This document shows, piece after piece, positions 27,246 to 40,459 of a DNA stretch of 64,000 bases. The DNA is from Camelus dromedarius (Eukaryota). The stretch lies in NCBI RefSeq assembly GCF_036321535.1, contig NC_087437.1, positions 97,156,001 to 97,220,000 of the forward strand, in the 5' to 3' direction. Within the stretch, counting starts at the first letter, position 1. Each line of letters begins with the position of its first letter. The position numbers and the translations under genes are program-made. A model generated the notes under the pieces. It was not told the origin of the DNA and searched no databases. It worked only from the letters and a program-made list of their open reading frames with translations.

Positions 27246-28779
27246 GAAAATAAATCATAACTGGAAAAGGATAATCAAGTTTACTGAAAGACCTCTCTTC
27301 TGCATCACTTTTTAGTGCCTTTGGAGAAACACCCATATAAAATGCAGAGAAATGGGCCTGCATTTCATAGGTAGATGGGTACACATACACTGGAGAGCTC
27401 TGTGACTCCACGTGAAAGGCTTTATTTCTCTATGCCTCTTTTTCCTTATCTGCAAATTAATAGAGTCAGTTAATGTAGTGATATATTAATAGATTGATTC
27501 TGTTCAGTCATCAAGTTTTAACTGATAAGCTATTGCTGACTAGGCACCATACTGAATACTGAGCACTCAAGCAGGTACAAAATACAAGTTTATTTTGTCA
27601 GGGAGCATTTACACTTTTTATTTTAGACAATTAAAATGTGCTTAACTGAATACCTGCGGCTTGTTTGGCTGGTTGCTTTACCAACTAAAAATGTTTATTT
27701 AAATGTATGATATTTTAAAAAGAAGCTGGAAGAGGAAAAACAACAAAAAATAAAAGCACCTTTGGTTTAATAGTATGACAATAAAATATTCTCCCTACAG
27801 AGGCTGGGAAATTGAGGAGACTAGCTAGATCAACTTCTGCCAAGTTTTGATTTATACTCTCAGCTGCGTCAGAATTCACTCAGAAAATAAAACAGAACAA
27901 AACAATTTCTTCCTTCTAATTAACTTTTGTCTTTAACTGCCTAAACATACATTTATCAGAGAGAAGGAGGGATGATCTGAAGATATGAGTTCTCGAATGA
28001 AACTTTTAAACAGGCCTACGCTCTCTTGCTGGTCGCATAACAACCTCTTGCAGCTAAAATGAGCTCTTTGCACCCCGTTCACCGTCCTCTCCTTTCTCTA
28101 CTCACTCTCACACCCACCCTCACACCTGATCGCCTACAAGAAAGAATCCGCTTAGTCAGAAATGATTTTCCCTCTCTGTTCTTATTGACTTTAAGCAATG
28201 CAGATTGAATCCAATGGTTCATAGGGTCCAAACGCTTATAGTATTATAGTAACTTATTGATTTATAAAGTATCTTTTCCTGGCCACAAAGTGCTTTTGAA
28301 TTGTAAACTCTTTACGGAGTATGAGATTGCCAGCAGTGTCCCCCATTCACCTGGAGCCACTGCTGGCAGAGAAACAGCCGCTGGTTATGCCCAGAAATTT
28401 TCAAATCATTCTCAGGACCTTAGGTCATGGCTTGATGAAATCTTCCACTGTTATAAAGTTCACAGATGGCAAATGTGGAATATTCTTGGGAGTTAATGAC
28501 TGAACAACAATCTAAGATTTTTCAAGGAAAGGGCAAACAGTATCTTCTTTAGGTCATAGTTAATTTTTATCATGATGTTATAGTAAATATATATGGCTAA
28601 GTTCATATAATTTAAAAGAAATGCATTACCCAATTCTTGGACAAATGGCATTTGGTGGCAGAGACACTCAATGTAGGTATTTTTTTTCAAAGAATATATT
28701 AAAAGAAGTGGTATATTCCTGTTTAACTCACTGCAGGAGGAGAACAAATCATGCCACGTTTGGATGCATTTGAGTAGAC

Positions 28780-29156
28780 ATTGCTAGTATTCATCAATTT
28801 TGTTCTCCTCCTCTCGTAGGTACAGGGAGTCCCCATTTCTCATGCCCCTTTGCATCTGGAAGAGGCTGAATGTCTAGTCCACAGGGCGGTTCCAATGGGC
28901 TGTATGAGGGGGTGACACACGTCACTTTCAGGCTGAGGCAGTGGAAAGTTTTGCTTTACTCCCCTATTGTGCTACCCTGTTACAAGATCTACTCAAGCAT
29001 CCTGGAACCCTGAGTGGTAATGTGGAGAACAGTCTCCCTGGAAAGGCATTTGGAGTCAGTGTGGACTTTGCATGACAGGAAAACAATCCCTTATGATCTT
29101 AAGCCACTCAAATTTGTAGTTGGTTATCACATATGACCCAGCCCATCATGAATAAC
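28780..29156 (+). mobile_element. MLT1J-like MaLR LTR
   Basis: gtgacacacgtcactttcaggctgagg, cctggaaccctgagtg, cttaagccactcaaatttg, ending aataaca. Confidence 0.72.
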
Positions 29157-30502
29157 AGGCATTTTACTAGTTTCTAAATTATCTCTAGTAAAAATGCTCT
29201 AATATATTTTTGGAAATGTCTTTTCAAAATAAATAATACATTTAAAATGCAAGTATTTTAGAATGATTTCTTTTTTTAGTGTTTCAGGCTGTTTATAAAC
29301 CTTCAGTAATGGAATAACAACACAGAATGCAAGAAATACAATAATCAAATTTCAGTAGTTCAACTTACATCATCATAAAGTCATTTGTTTGAATATTCAT
29401 CTTTTTTTCTACCAGATTAAAACCTTTCACTCTGAAAATTTCAGGTAAAATGTTAGGTATAAATAAATTCCAATTTAAAGATTAGGTTAATTTTATTACT
29501 GTAAATTAATTACAAAACCTAAAATTCAAATATCACTGTTTTAAAAATGATATAAAAATATACTAAAAGTATGAATTTCCTGAAACATCACAGTTTCCTG
29601 AAGTTTTTCAATCTTTGTATTAGTCATTTGAACTTCACTTTGAGTATCTACTTTCTGGGACAATTTTTAAATCCTAAAACCTGCTTCTGCTTGGTTATCC
29701 ACTCTCCCACTTCTATCAGCACGGAAAAACATAAAATCACAGAACTAAGAACATGTGGAAACGGACTTCTTCTTTTGCTAAGCATCCTGATATGTTGGCT
29801 GTTTCTGTTACTTGGCATTACAACAGAAGCGATGTTCAGGATGTTGAAGATTATTTCAATAAATGACTTTTCCAATTATCAGACCCTTCAACTTCACTTT
29901 GGTACTTAATGTAGTGTAAAACTGTTTATAGCTTCTTTACTCCAGGATCAGAAACATTTCCCCATCTCTATACTTGCAGCAAGTATGAGCAGGTGGAACA
30001 TTTACCATGTTGAGAATATCAAACATATGCAATAAACTCAACCTTTCTAAAGCGTTTATTAGTGGTTCTTTTATGAACAACTTAATGATGCTGAGCAAAT
30101 ATTTAAAGACTCTTCATAGTAAGTTCCCTATCTGGTGCTCCCTACTTCAGTTTCACTGATCCAGAAGTAAATTCTGGGGATTAAATCACAGGATAATGCA
30201 CAACAGTTAAACTCTATTTTGGAGGGGAGCAAAGAGAACGGATTTTTGATATGTATAAAATTCAACCTGCAGGGATTGTATGCAGAGTTTCCAACTAGCC
30301 AAGAACACGCCACAGCTCTAGAAATACAGCAAAATAGTTAAGTCTGATTAAGAGAATTTTTATAAGATATACACTATAACCACTTCTCTCCCCTAGATTT
30401 ACAAACACAGTATAGCACATTTCAGGAGTGAACTATTTCTTTACATTCACCCATAATAAGTGTGTCTTTCTTTCTGAGAGGCTTATGGTAAATATATCAT
30501 AG

Positions 30503-30738
30503 CAGTCTACAAAATGGGGCATGCAAAATGATCTTTTGGAAGAAGAGAGGAAAACAAGCACTTCAAAATGATTTATACCTTTGATCCCTTTAAATTTGCA
30601 TTTTGGGATATAATTTATAAAAAATATAATTCAGTAAAGCATGTATATCACTGATACATATTTTAAATACATATATTTGGCAAGGTCAAAACATTTTTAC
30701 TGATAAGGGGACATGATCAGGAAGTTTTGAGATCACTG
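30503..30738. mobile_element. hAT-Charlie-type non-autonomous DNA transposon
   Basis: cagtctacaaaatgggg start and aagttttgagatcactg TIR-like end around an AT-rich core. Confidence 0.5.
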
Positions 30739-30959
30739 TACTATTATATGAATGAAAAAGTCAAGATATTCCTCTATTGTTTATGACTAAAATATCACTC
30801 AATGATGTACTTTAATTAAAATTTGTATTTCCACTGTTCTTTACAACTTATTAGCTGCTATTTTAAGAACAGATTCCTTTTATGGTATGTACTATCAAAG
30901 CTGCTGTTCACTCTGCGAACCAGGCTGGTAAGAATGAAAAGGAACATAGGGTACTTCAT

Positions 30960-31135
30960 TAGTAATCCAATCACTCACTACCTGCAAACTTTGGATATTT
31001 TAATTAATCTGAAGTTGAATCTCTCACCTGATATGGGCATAATTAAATTTACCTTTTTAAATTATTTTGAGGAATACATGAATGAGCATGTATAAAGTCT
31101 GATTCAGAATAAGTGCTGAATAAACTTTGGCTACA
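30960..31135 (+). mobile_element. MIR SINE (diverged)
   Basis: tcactcactacctgcaaactttgg...tgaggaatacatgaatgagcatgtataaagt. Confidence 0.55.
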
Positions 31136-32499
31136 AGTTTCAGCAGGTTCCAACAATTCTAAGTATCTCTCCTTTAAAATGTTTGAAGAGATTCTTTAAA
31201 TCAGAATTTCATAAGGGCTATGAAGGGATTAGCTGTGGAACGACAATTAGTTAATAGTTTTATCGATCATAAATGGATGGTGATAACATCTTGGTAAGAC
31301 AGCAACCTGGTATTAATCAGAGGATTGCAAAAATCCTTAAGTCTGAACTACTGTGGTGGTTTTGCCCTGGGTGGACTGTACTTGATTATCTCAAATGTGC
31401 ATTCTTTTCACAGGAAACAGAGGGCATGCTGGTGATGTTCTGTTCATTTCCTTGTATTAAAACCTATTATCAGTTGCAAGGTCTTAGGGTTCTACATTTG
31501 AAGTTCAAAGTTCTGCTCCCTCCACACAAACTCAGCGGGCATATTCACATCAAACTTTCTTGTTAGTTTTAATTTGCTGCCATCCATACTCGTGTACAAG
31601 AGAATTTTTCTGGAAAATGGCTCAATTTGAAAACCCCCTTCAAAGCCCTTTTGGCTTGGGAAATAATTTTTTAAAAATAGAAGGAAATATTTTGAAGGTT
31701 ACTTTGGCTTCAATAAAAAAAATCATAATAATATCTACCAAACAGACTAAGTGCTTCCTCTTCCTCCCCTTTCCTGGTTTGACTAAAGCTAAATTTCTCT
31801 CAGTTTCAAGTGGCTACAGCATCTGAAATTGAAAAATATTCTCTTTCCATCAAATGCTGACAACCTGGAGTTTTTTATTTAATTGTTTATGTTCACTGCA
31901 ATGGACAATTATACTTTAAGAAAGTTAATTTAAATATAATTTATGTAATGTACTTGGACTACATAAAAATGTACTCATTTTATTCATTAACTGCTTTAAA
32001 AAATCTTCACCTTCTTTTGCTAGTAACTGAACGTCTGCTATAATAATTGTAAATTGTAAAGAGTGTATCATTGGAATTGTAGAGTGTATCACGGTATTTT
32101 CATGGTTTTAAAGTAAGTGTATATGATCAGGATGTTAATTCAGGATTTTAATATTTCCAAAAAAGCTGGAAATAACTAAACTGTCTAACAATAGAATTGA
32201 TTAAATGCCTGTCAATAATTTTAATGAAATGTCATAAAACTTTAAGAAGTAATACAATTGTAGAAACATCTCTAATGACATTGAAAATATCCACTATTTA
32301 TTTTGAGTAAAAATGGAGGTTAAAAAACTATAAGATATTTATGGTTTTAATGGTAAAATAATAATGATAATAATAATAAATAGCATAAAATATACTTTGG
32401 AGAAATGTTTGGCCATATCTAGTGTATGAACACTCTACCAAAAGTTTCACCAGGGAAGGTTAAAGCCATGTGGCTAGATCTTAATGAAAAGACTAGCAG

Positions 32500-32650
32500 A
32501 AGTTCTTAAATTTTCCAGTGATTAAAAAATACTCCAAAGCCCCATTTCTCAGAGATTCTCATGAGGTTAGTCTGATGTAGCTCCCAGGAAGCTACATTTT
32601 TAAGGAATACTTCAGCTGATTCTGATAGGTGACCAATAAGAAAAACTAGA
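32500..32650. mobile_element. MER5-like hAT-Charlie fragment
   Basis: cagagattctcatg...cccaggaagctacatttttaagg...cagctgattctgata. Confidence 0.55.
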
Positions 32651-32810
32651 ATGGAACTGATCTTTAAACTGTGCTTCCCCTTTTTCAGTTGATTATCTTT
32701 TACGTGATACACTGTGCAGTGTTTGCCGAAAAGGGGATTTTTACAGAGAGAAAGCCTGTTGACTTGAGAAATTTTCATCTGAAGTTCTATAACACATTCA
32801 GACTACGTTT

Positions 32811-33080
32811 TTAAAAAAAATTTTTTAAATTGAGTTACAGTCAGTTTACAATGTTGTGTCAATTTCTGGTGTAGAGCACAATTTTTCAGTTATACGTGAA
32901 CATACATATATTCATTGTCGCATTCTCTTTCATTGTGAGCTACCACAAGATCTTTTATACATTTCCCTGTGCTATACAGTATAATCTTGTTTAATCTAGT
33001 CTACATATGCCTGTCAGTATCTACAAATATCAAACTCCCAGTCTGTCCCTTTCCACCCACCTCCCCCTTGGCAACCACAA
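32811..33080 (-). mobile_element. Young L1, non-inverted 3' UTR and tail segment
   Basis: Antisense artiodactyl-type L1 3' UTR (tttacaatgttgtgtcaatttctggtgta...cccccttggcaaccacaa); T-rich tail next to left TSD attcagactacgttt (32796-32810). Confidence 0.9.
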
Positions 33081-33919
33081 CAAATGGGGCCTAATTAATC
33101 TTACAAGCTTCTGCACAGCAAAGGAAACCATAAGCAAAACAAAACAACAACCTATGGAATGCGAGAAAATTTTTGCAAAAGATGAAACCGACAAAAGCTT
33201 GATCTCCAGAATACATAAGCAGCTCATATGACTTAATAAGAAAAAACCAAACAACCCAATCCAAAAATGGGCAGAAGACCTAAACACACAATTCTCCAAG
33301 GAAGAAATACAAATGATCAATAGGCACATGAAACAATGCTCAGTATCACTAATTATCAGAGAAATGCAAATCAAAACTACAATGAGGTATCACCTCACAC
33401 CAGCCAGAATGGCCATCATTCAAAGTCCACAAATGACAAATGCTGGAGAGGCTGTGGAGAAAAGGGAACCCTCCTACACTGCTGGTGGGAATACAGTTTG
33501 GTGCAGCCACTGTGGAAAACATTATGGAGATTCCTCAAAAGACTAGGAATAGACTTAACATATGACCCAGTAATCCATGCTTCTGGGCGTATATCCAGAA
33601 GGAACCCTACTTCAAAAAGACACCTGCACCCTGATGTTCATAGCAGCACTATTTACAATAGCCAAGACATGGAAACAGCCTAAATGTCCATCGACAAATG
33701 ACTGGATGAAGAAGATGTGGTATATTTATACAATGGAGTACTATTCAGCCATAAAAACGACAACATAGCACCATTTGCAGCAACATGGATGTCCCTGGAG
33801 AATGTCATTTTAAGTGAAGTAAGCCAGAAAGAGAAAGAAAAATACCATATGAGATTGTACATATGTGGAATCTAAAAAAAAAGAACATAAATATAAAACA
33901 GAAACAGACTCATAGACAG
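33081..33919 (+). mobile_element. Young L1, inverted segment encoding the ORF2 C-terminus (stop and frameshifts)
   Basis: ORFs give [71 protein letters not shown]; right TSD attcagactgcgttt (33920-33934). Confidence 0.95.
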
Positions 33920-33949
33920 ATTCAGACTGCGTTTAATAGTAGTAGCAGC

Positions 33950-34170
33950 AGCAGTAATAGTACTGATAGCAGCTAATACTTCAATAGCACGTATTCTGTA
34001 AAAGGCACTGCCCAAGCCACAAAATAAAGAGCCAGCCCCCATAAAAATAATAGAAAATAATAATGTCCGGTGGACAGTTCTCAACTCTGTACTATTTTCA
34101 CCAGAGAAAGGAAAAACTGGCAAAGGCTGAAGACGTCTCAGGAGAGATTTATACGACCCATCCAAGACAG
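33950..34170 (-). mobile_element. MIR SINE (diverged)
   Basis: agcagctaatacttcaatagcac...aggcactgcccaag...ctattttcaccagagaaaggaaaaactgg. Confidence 0.5.
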
Positions 34171-35586
34171 CATCCTGACTAAATTACAAGAGGCAGGGAT
34201 AAGTTACCAGGGTAGTTTTTGACACAGAGATGCACACAATATATTCCCAGGTCATTTCGCCATATAATTCTTGAAAATTTATAGCTCATCTGTAAATAGT
34301 GAATTGAGTTGTAAGGTTTTCTCCATGCTTTCTAAATGTACTCATAGTTCATTTCCTCAGTTTGTGAATTATGCAGACCACCCCCTCCTTCTGTTCATCT
34401 GCCCTAAGAGAAAATGATCTTTGGCTATTTCATTCACTGCATTTCTTCTGAAAGGCAAGCAGGGAGTGGACACTGTCAAAACAACTTCCATTTTCTTTGA
34501 GGTTTTTCTTTGAGGTCTCAAAAGAGGTCTCTTCTCTCTTTTCTCTCTCTTCCTCTGGCCCCGTTAATGTAGCACATTTACTGAATTGAAGCCAGATCCT
34601 GACACAATTCAAGTTTTCCACTTAGGAGTGAAAATTAGGCTGTATGAAACCGCACAGACTAGCAGCTGCGAGTAGACATCAAAGCAAGAGGTTTTGAGCT
34701 ATTCCTCTTATTATTAACATGAAAATGGACTTGAAATTTAATTTGCTGCATTTCTTCATCTGTCTCCAAGAGGCAAGGGAAGAACTTTATCCAGATACAA
34801 ATTAGTTCCCTTGCTTTCTCACTGGAGGATACACACCCACACTTTTTAAAAAAATATCTGATGAGATGAACATGGACAGAATGAATATAATGACAAAGGC
34901 CATTAATAGCTCTCTAGTGAACTGAGCCTTCTCCTGCGGGTGTTTAATTTTTGGCTGGTCAATCTGCTTCTTCTGAAAACTACATTTCTGCCTCTGGTTT
35001 CTATACACAACCTTTCAAGAATAAACAGTTGTTCCTTTTTTCAAATACTTAAGATTCTTTTGACCAACAGTTCCTTTGTAAAAGCTCTAAATTAGACTAG
35101 GAAACGCTTTCTCTTGGGTGTCTGCCATTTCCATTCAAGTTGCTCAGGTACTAACATGTATTATTCACAGAAGCTTCCTCAGAGGATTTCTGCAAAGGGA
35201 GAACAGAACACCCAACACCCTAGATTTCTTAGACACTTTCCTCTACCCTTTTTCCACCCAAGTAATTCAAACTATATCTGGATGTTGCACAAAACATCCT
35301 AATGCTGGTTTCGCAAAACTGAGCGGCATGATGTAATTTGTAGTTTTGCCAGGAAAAGGCATCTTGAATGGTTTGCTTGGGATAGAATAAACATTTTCAT
35401 TTCCATCACACCAAGTTCCAGTACCTACTATTTACCACATCCACTGAATACAACACAGAGCCTTTCACAAATATCAAATTCAAAATTTAATATCCATATT
35501 TTCAGAATGTGCTCTGTTGTATGTGCTAGGGGTTAGGCTGGAGATGGGCTGAGACAACACTGCTACATACCGAGAAGTTTACGTTT

Positions 35587-36010
35587 TGTGGTAGAGGCAG
35601 ACGGTTCGGAGTCTCATCATACTCATACCTCTAGGGCCCAAAGGCTGTTTACTTCGAACACCTGTGACTCTTTGCCTGCAGGTGTTGTTCTGACTTGGGG
35701 CAAGCACGGCCCTTATTCTGGGTAAGCCGGAAGTATCAAAGAGTTAGTGCTTCTGGAAGCAGCCTTCCATCCACGATGGACGCAGATTTGGTGGATACGT
35801 AACCCATTTTTGCACATGGAGGGGGTAACTCTGAAATGTTTTCTACCCTGCCTCCCAGACTCTGTAGAGCAATTGTGCCTCGGTTGCCCTCAGTGCTAGT
35901 CTGCTCAGTAAAGCACACTTCATGTTTCCACTTCTTCATTTCCTTAACTGCATCCTGGGATCCCCTTCCAAATGAATCACCTATGTTCACATCCTTGTTT
36001 TGGACTTAAT
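35587..36010 (+). mobile_element. LTR16-like ERVL solo LTR
   Basis: gccggaagt...gagttagtgcttctggaagcagcc, gggggtaactctgaaatg, cctgggatccccttccaaatgaatcacct. Confidence 0.62.
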
Positions 36011-36054
36011 TGGGATTATATATATCTACAGTTTTATCTCTTGCTGTATTTCTC

Positions 36055-36337
36055 ATTCTCCTCCATGTATCCTCACATCCTTTTCCTCCCTACATGGTCT
36101 CTCTAGCAGCAGAATCAGGTATCTTACATGACAGTTCAGGAATCCCAAGAATCCAAATGTAGAAACTGCCACTTCTTCTTAAGGCTAAGGCCTGAATCTG
36201 GAATAATGTCACTCCTACCACATTCTATTACTCGAAGCAGCTTGCCTAGATTTAAGGAGAACAGACCACAACAAAGACACGGATACGGGAAGACAGGGTT
36301 CTTTGGGGGCACCAGTGCAATGAACTACCCACCATAG
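36055..36337 (-). mobile_element. MLT1H-like LTR fragment
   Basis: catggtctctctagcag...cttacatgacagttcagg...tcttaaggctaaggcctgaatctgg...ccacattctatt. Confidence 0.65.
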
Positions 36338-36629
36338 GTGTGTGAGAAGACATCCCCACAAGTCAACAACATAAAAAAGAGGTAGGAGGAAGGTCTAATA
36401 CTTAGCACATAATTTAACCAACCCTTCCATCATTCACTGACAGGCAGGTGTAAAAATAGACCAGGGATAATTACCTAGAGCTTTCTAATTCTTTCTTCAG
36501 TTTCTTTATAAGAAACTGTGGAGCATCTCATATATGCCCTAAATTTTGCTGGGCACTGTGTGTGGACTACTTGTCCTCGGTGAGTGTCAGTTCCTTTCTT
36601 TTGGTTACCTTTCCCTGCTTGGCCCGATC

Positions 36630-36988
36630 CCTTTGGCTGGAAGGCCTTTGTCCATGCCATTCTCCCTGTCTGGATGCCACTTAGCTCTCTGAGTCATGGC
36701 TACTTTCTACTTATCCTCCTTGTCCACATCAGTATCATTTATTTTTTAGGGATACCTTCTCTGATCTACCTGATTCAGAGCTCATCGTATGTCTTCTTTG
36801 TAACTGTAGGCAGAATCACATTTATTTCTCACGTTTGTTTCAGTCTCTCCACTAGTTCCGGATTCCATGAGAACAGAGACCCTGGTTGCTTTTGAATCAC
36901 CATTTCCCAGTATTTGGCATAGCACCTGAGACACAGTCAACCTCTAAATATTTACTGAATGAATTAGTGAGTGAACAAATAAATAAAT
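36630..36988 (+). mobile_element. L2 3' end
   Basis: catgccattctccctgtctggatgc...ccatgagaacagagacc...taaatatttactgaatgaattagtgagtgaa. Confidence 0.8.
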
Positions 36989-39906
36989 CTTCAAGGCATG
37001 TCCTGCTAATTACATGCTCCATTTCTTTATGGTTAGTCTCTAGAAATGTACCTTAAAAATACTCATTTTTTCTCCATTGACTTTTTTTTTTTTTTGCAGC
37101 AACATACAATCACACCTTGATAGTCAAGGAATATTAGAAACAACCAAAATCTTGATGCTGTCAACATAATTTAAAGAAATTCATATAAACCACAACTTTT
37201 AATGACTCTCTGAGAGGCTCCTTGCTTATTTTTCCCCCCATGGTCTCAATGCCTTGATTTCAGGACTTGGGTTATTTATCTCTGTATCTTATCTGCTTTC
37301 AGATAGATTCTAAAAATTTGTTGAATTCCTGAATGCATATATTTAAATGTCATAGTTGATCATTTAACTAAAAATTAAAATAGAAATGGTTCAAGATATT
37401 CCTGCTTTAAATCTAAAAGTTAATAATTTAACATAATTTAACATCCAATTATTCCTAATACTTATATCTTGTAAAATGACTCAATCGGGCATTTAACCTT
37501 TTCAAACAAATTCCTGCTTCTAAGTTGTTCTCTGATTATAATCATATTTGATTTAACTTGCCTAGTCTTTGCAAAATTAGGCATATTAGTGAAAGAGATG
37601 GGCAGAATTTTTTACAGGTTTATAAATCTATATCTTCATATAGATTCTTGATACATAAATCAAATATATATATGTATCCCAGCTGATTACATTTAAAATT
37701 GAAAACTCAAGATGTTCCCAATGTAGGCTGCATATCTGTTGATATACATCACACATATATTCCACATACAATTTTTAAAACATGGTACAAGTTAGAGTTT
37801 ACTCATTCTACAGAGAATGTCCTTCCAGCATGTTATTGCTATGAGCCCAGTTCAGGATGGCATATTTTAAATAAAATAAAAGTGGCCAATATTTACACAG
37901 TTTTCAGTGGAGAGGCTCTTCTAACAAATGTCTGCTTAGTGTTTGCCAGAGAATATAAATTCCTTCTCAAGAAAGAATATTGCCTGTCTTACAAATGCTG
38001 TGGCTTGCACAAAATCTTGCAAATCCAACAAACTTTTAGGTTCTTAGTAGACATAAAATTTGTCACTCCAATCCTAGGACTGTATATGCTTAACCTTTTG
38101 CAGTGGGTATCTTAACGTCCTTGAGAGACAGCAGCTCACTTGAGAGCATGCTTATATATTAGAGTGCCCCGACTCTGTCCTCCCTAGGCATTATGTTTGA
38201 AGGTGCAGAAAAAGCTAGATGGCATCAGTATCTAGTCATTTATCTAGTCATCAAGCATGGATGTTGATGGCATTATTAAAAAACTGATAATGATGTTAAA
38301 ACAGAGAAATACTAGGCAATAGCGGGCAATATATTTATAAGCAATATCATCCTTTTTTTCTTTGTTTTCTTTTTCCAATATTCATTTGTGCATGTTATGG
38401 TATGTAGGGCATAAACAAAAGTGAAACAGCATTGCAAAAGCTTCCTCCTTGATTATAGGAGGAAATTTCTGAACTTTTAAGGTACATGTATAATAATTTT
38501 TAAAAATCTCAACTTTTTATTTTTCAATCATTTGTCTATTTGTTCAGAATTCAGAATAATAATATTTTTTGTGTGTACTTTAAAATCCATATGTGACATT
38601 TTAATTAAAGGAACCCAAAATACTTCCCAAACTATTGGCAGTGTTTGAAATTATTTAAAAAATTTTCCTCCATGCCGTCTGTTGATTTCTTTCCATTTAA
38701 ATATTAATTGCCCTGCTTAATACTACTCGAAAGACTAATACTGTTTTTTGCCAGTTGTAAGAAATTCAGCCAGTGGCGACCAACTCTGACTAGAAAGCAG
38801 TATACTAGTGTCTTTTTGTCTTCTTTATTATCATTTATACTTAATGCCATATGTAAAATGTTTTTTCCTTGGAAGACTAATTCCAGCTCCATTCTATGCA
38901 TGGTCTTATATCAAAGCATGCATTTTTAAAAAATGGCTTTGAGTGAAGTTTTGAAAGCTTCAGTGTATTACCATCTCTTAGAAATAAATTTTGAGACCCA
39001 AACTTCAAAACCCAGTGATTAGTACAGTGTTGTGCAAAGATTAGATCATTATCTTGCACAAGGCTCAGCTTTGAGTTGCACATTTTAAAAAAGCTGTAGA
39101 ATATTTAAATGTTAACTGTGATAGCATTTCACATATTTATTTGTGGTTTGAGGATATACTAGATCAGCATGCACAGAAAAATAAATTGACCATGAGACTT
39201 AAAGTCAGTGATTCTACATCGTGCCTGTCTTGGTCAAGCAACCCGTATGTGACCTCAGTGGAAAGAGATGGGCAAGCTAAATGTACCTTCTAGACTGGTT
39301 CAACATACACTGCATAAAAGGCAATGAATTTTCATGGCTGACACTGTAATTGTTTCCCTGCTTCCTGGGTCGTTCTTGATTTTCTTCTAAATTGTATTAG
39401 AGTGGCATCACAATTCTCATCCTGAGATGGACAATTCAAGACAGAAAAGAACATTCAGAAAACAGGCAGCAAACCTCAAGGAAAGGAGACAGAGACATAG
39501 GAATTCTAAAGTAGTTCTAATGTCTTTAAGGTTTAGAGATTTCTACAGCCTTTAAAGTGGTCAGGTTACTGATTCAATCAAGCTATAAAATTGATCATAG
39601 AATTGGAAGCTTGACTATCATGTGCATCCCTAGACATGACTTGAACAATCTTACATGTAAAAATAGTAACATACACGTTTATTCAATTGTCAAGGTATCC
39701 TCCTGCTCAAGCTTTGGAGATACACACATACACAAACACACTCATTTAATGGATAATAACTATGGATGCAACCTATTTTCTTTGATATACTTATTTTTTT
39801 TTAAATAGAAGTTTCTGGGGCAAAAATAACATGTGGAAGGGAAGAATTCATACCACCTAAACTTTCACTATGTTTGAACAAACAGTAGCTTGAGAGCAAT
39901 TTAAGA

Positions 39907-40072
39907 CAAAGTTACCAGATAAAATATTGGGCACCCAGTTAAATTTAAATTTCAGGTAAATAAATGTTGTTTATTATGGAATATATTTAAACTAAATAAT
40001 ATTCATTGTGTATCTGAAATTCATATTCAACTGGACATTCTGAATTTTCATTTGGTAAATCAGGCAACCCTA
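39907..40072. mobile_element. MER53 palindromic hAT MITE
   Basis: cccagttaaatttaaatttcaggtaaa mirrored by tatctgaaattcatattcaactgg; right end ggcaacccta; 8-bp TSD atttaaga/atctaaga. Confidence 0.9.
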
Positions 40073-40375
40073 ATCTAAGATTGTCATTTAGTGGTAAAGT
40101 TTAAAATTTATAAATATCATGGAAGTACCATATAATTTAACATTCCTTTTGGAAGACACTCATATTTTAATACAGTCCAATTAAAAATAAAACATTCTGA
40201 TCAATCAATTGCTACATATGAGAACTCTCCTGGATTATAGCTGACTAAATGCTAAAAAATATCAATGCTTTGGCAAAACTTAAATAATGAAATTTTATTT
40301 TTAGGTGGTGTTCATGGTTTCTAAGTGCTAGTTTCTAAAATGGGAAGAAGTAATTGCTCAGATTCTGGAGTGTCC

Positions 40376-40458
40376 TTTTTTCTCTTTCTTTTCCTTTTTT
40401 TCCCTCTTCCTTTCCTTTCCCTTCCCTTCCTTCTTCTTTTCTTCTTCTTTGCCTCTCA
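40376..40458. repeat. Polypyrimidine low-complexity tract
   Basis: About 80 bp almost purely C/T (ttcc, tttcc, ttc units). Confidence 0.85.
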
Positions 40459-40459
40459 C

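Noticed and set aside
28257..28496. AQKFSNHSQDLRSWLDEI resembles a spectrin-repeat helix
   Set aside because: Flanking residues do not fit, a stop follows soon, and there are no suitable splice sites; BLASTp would settle it
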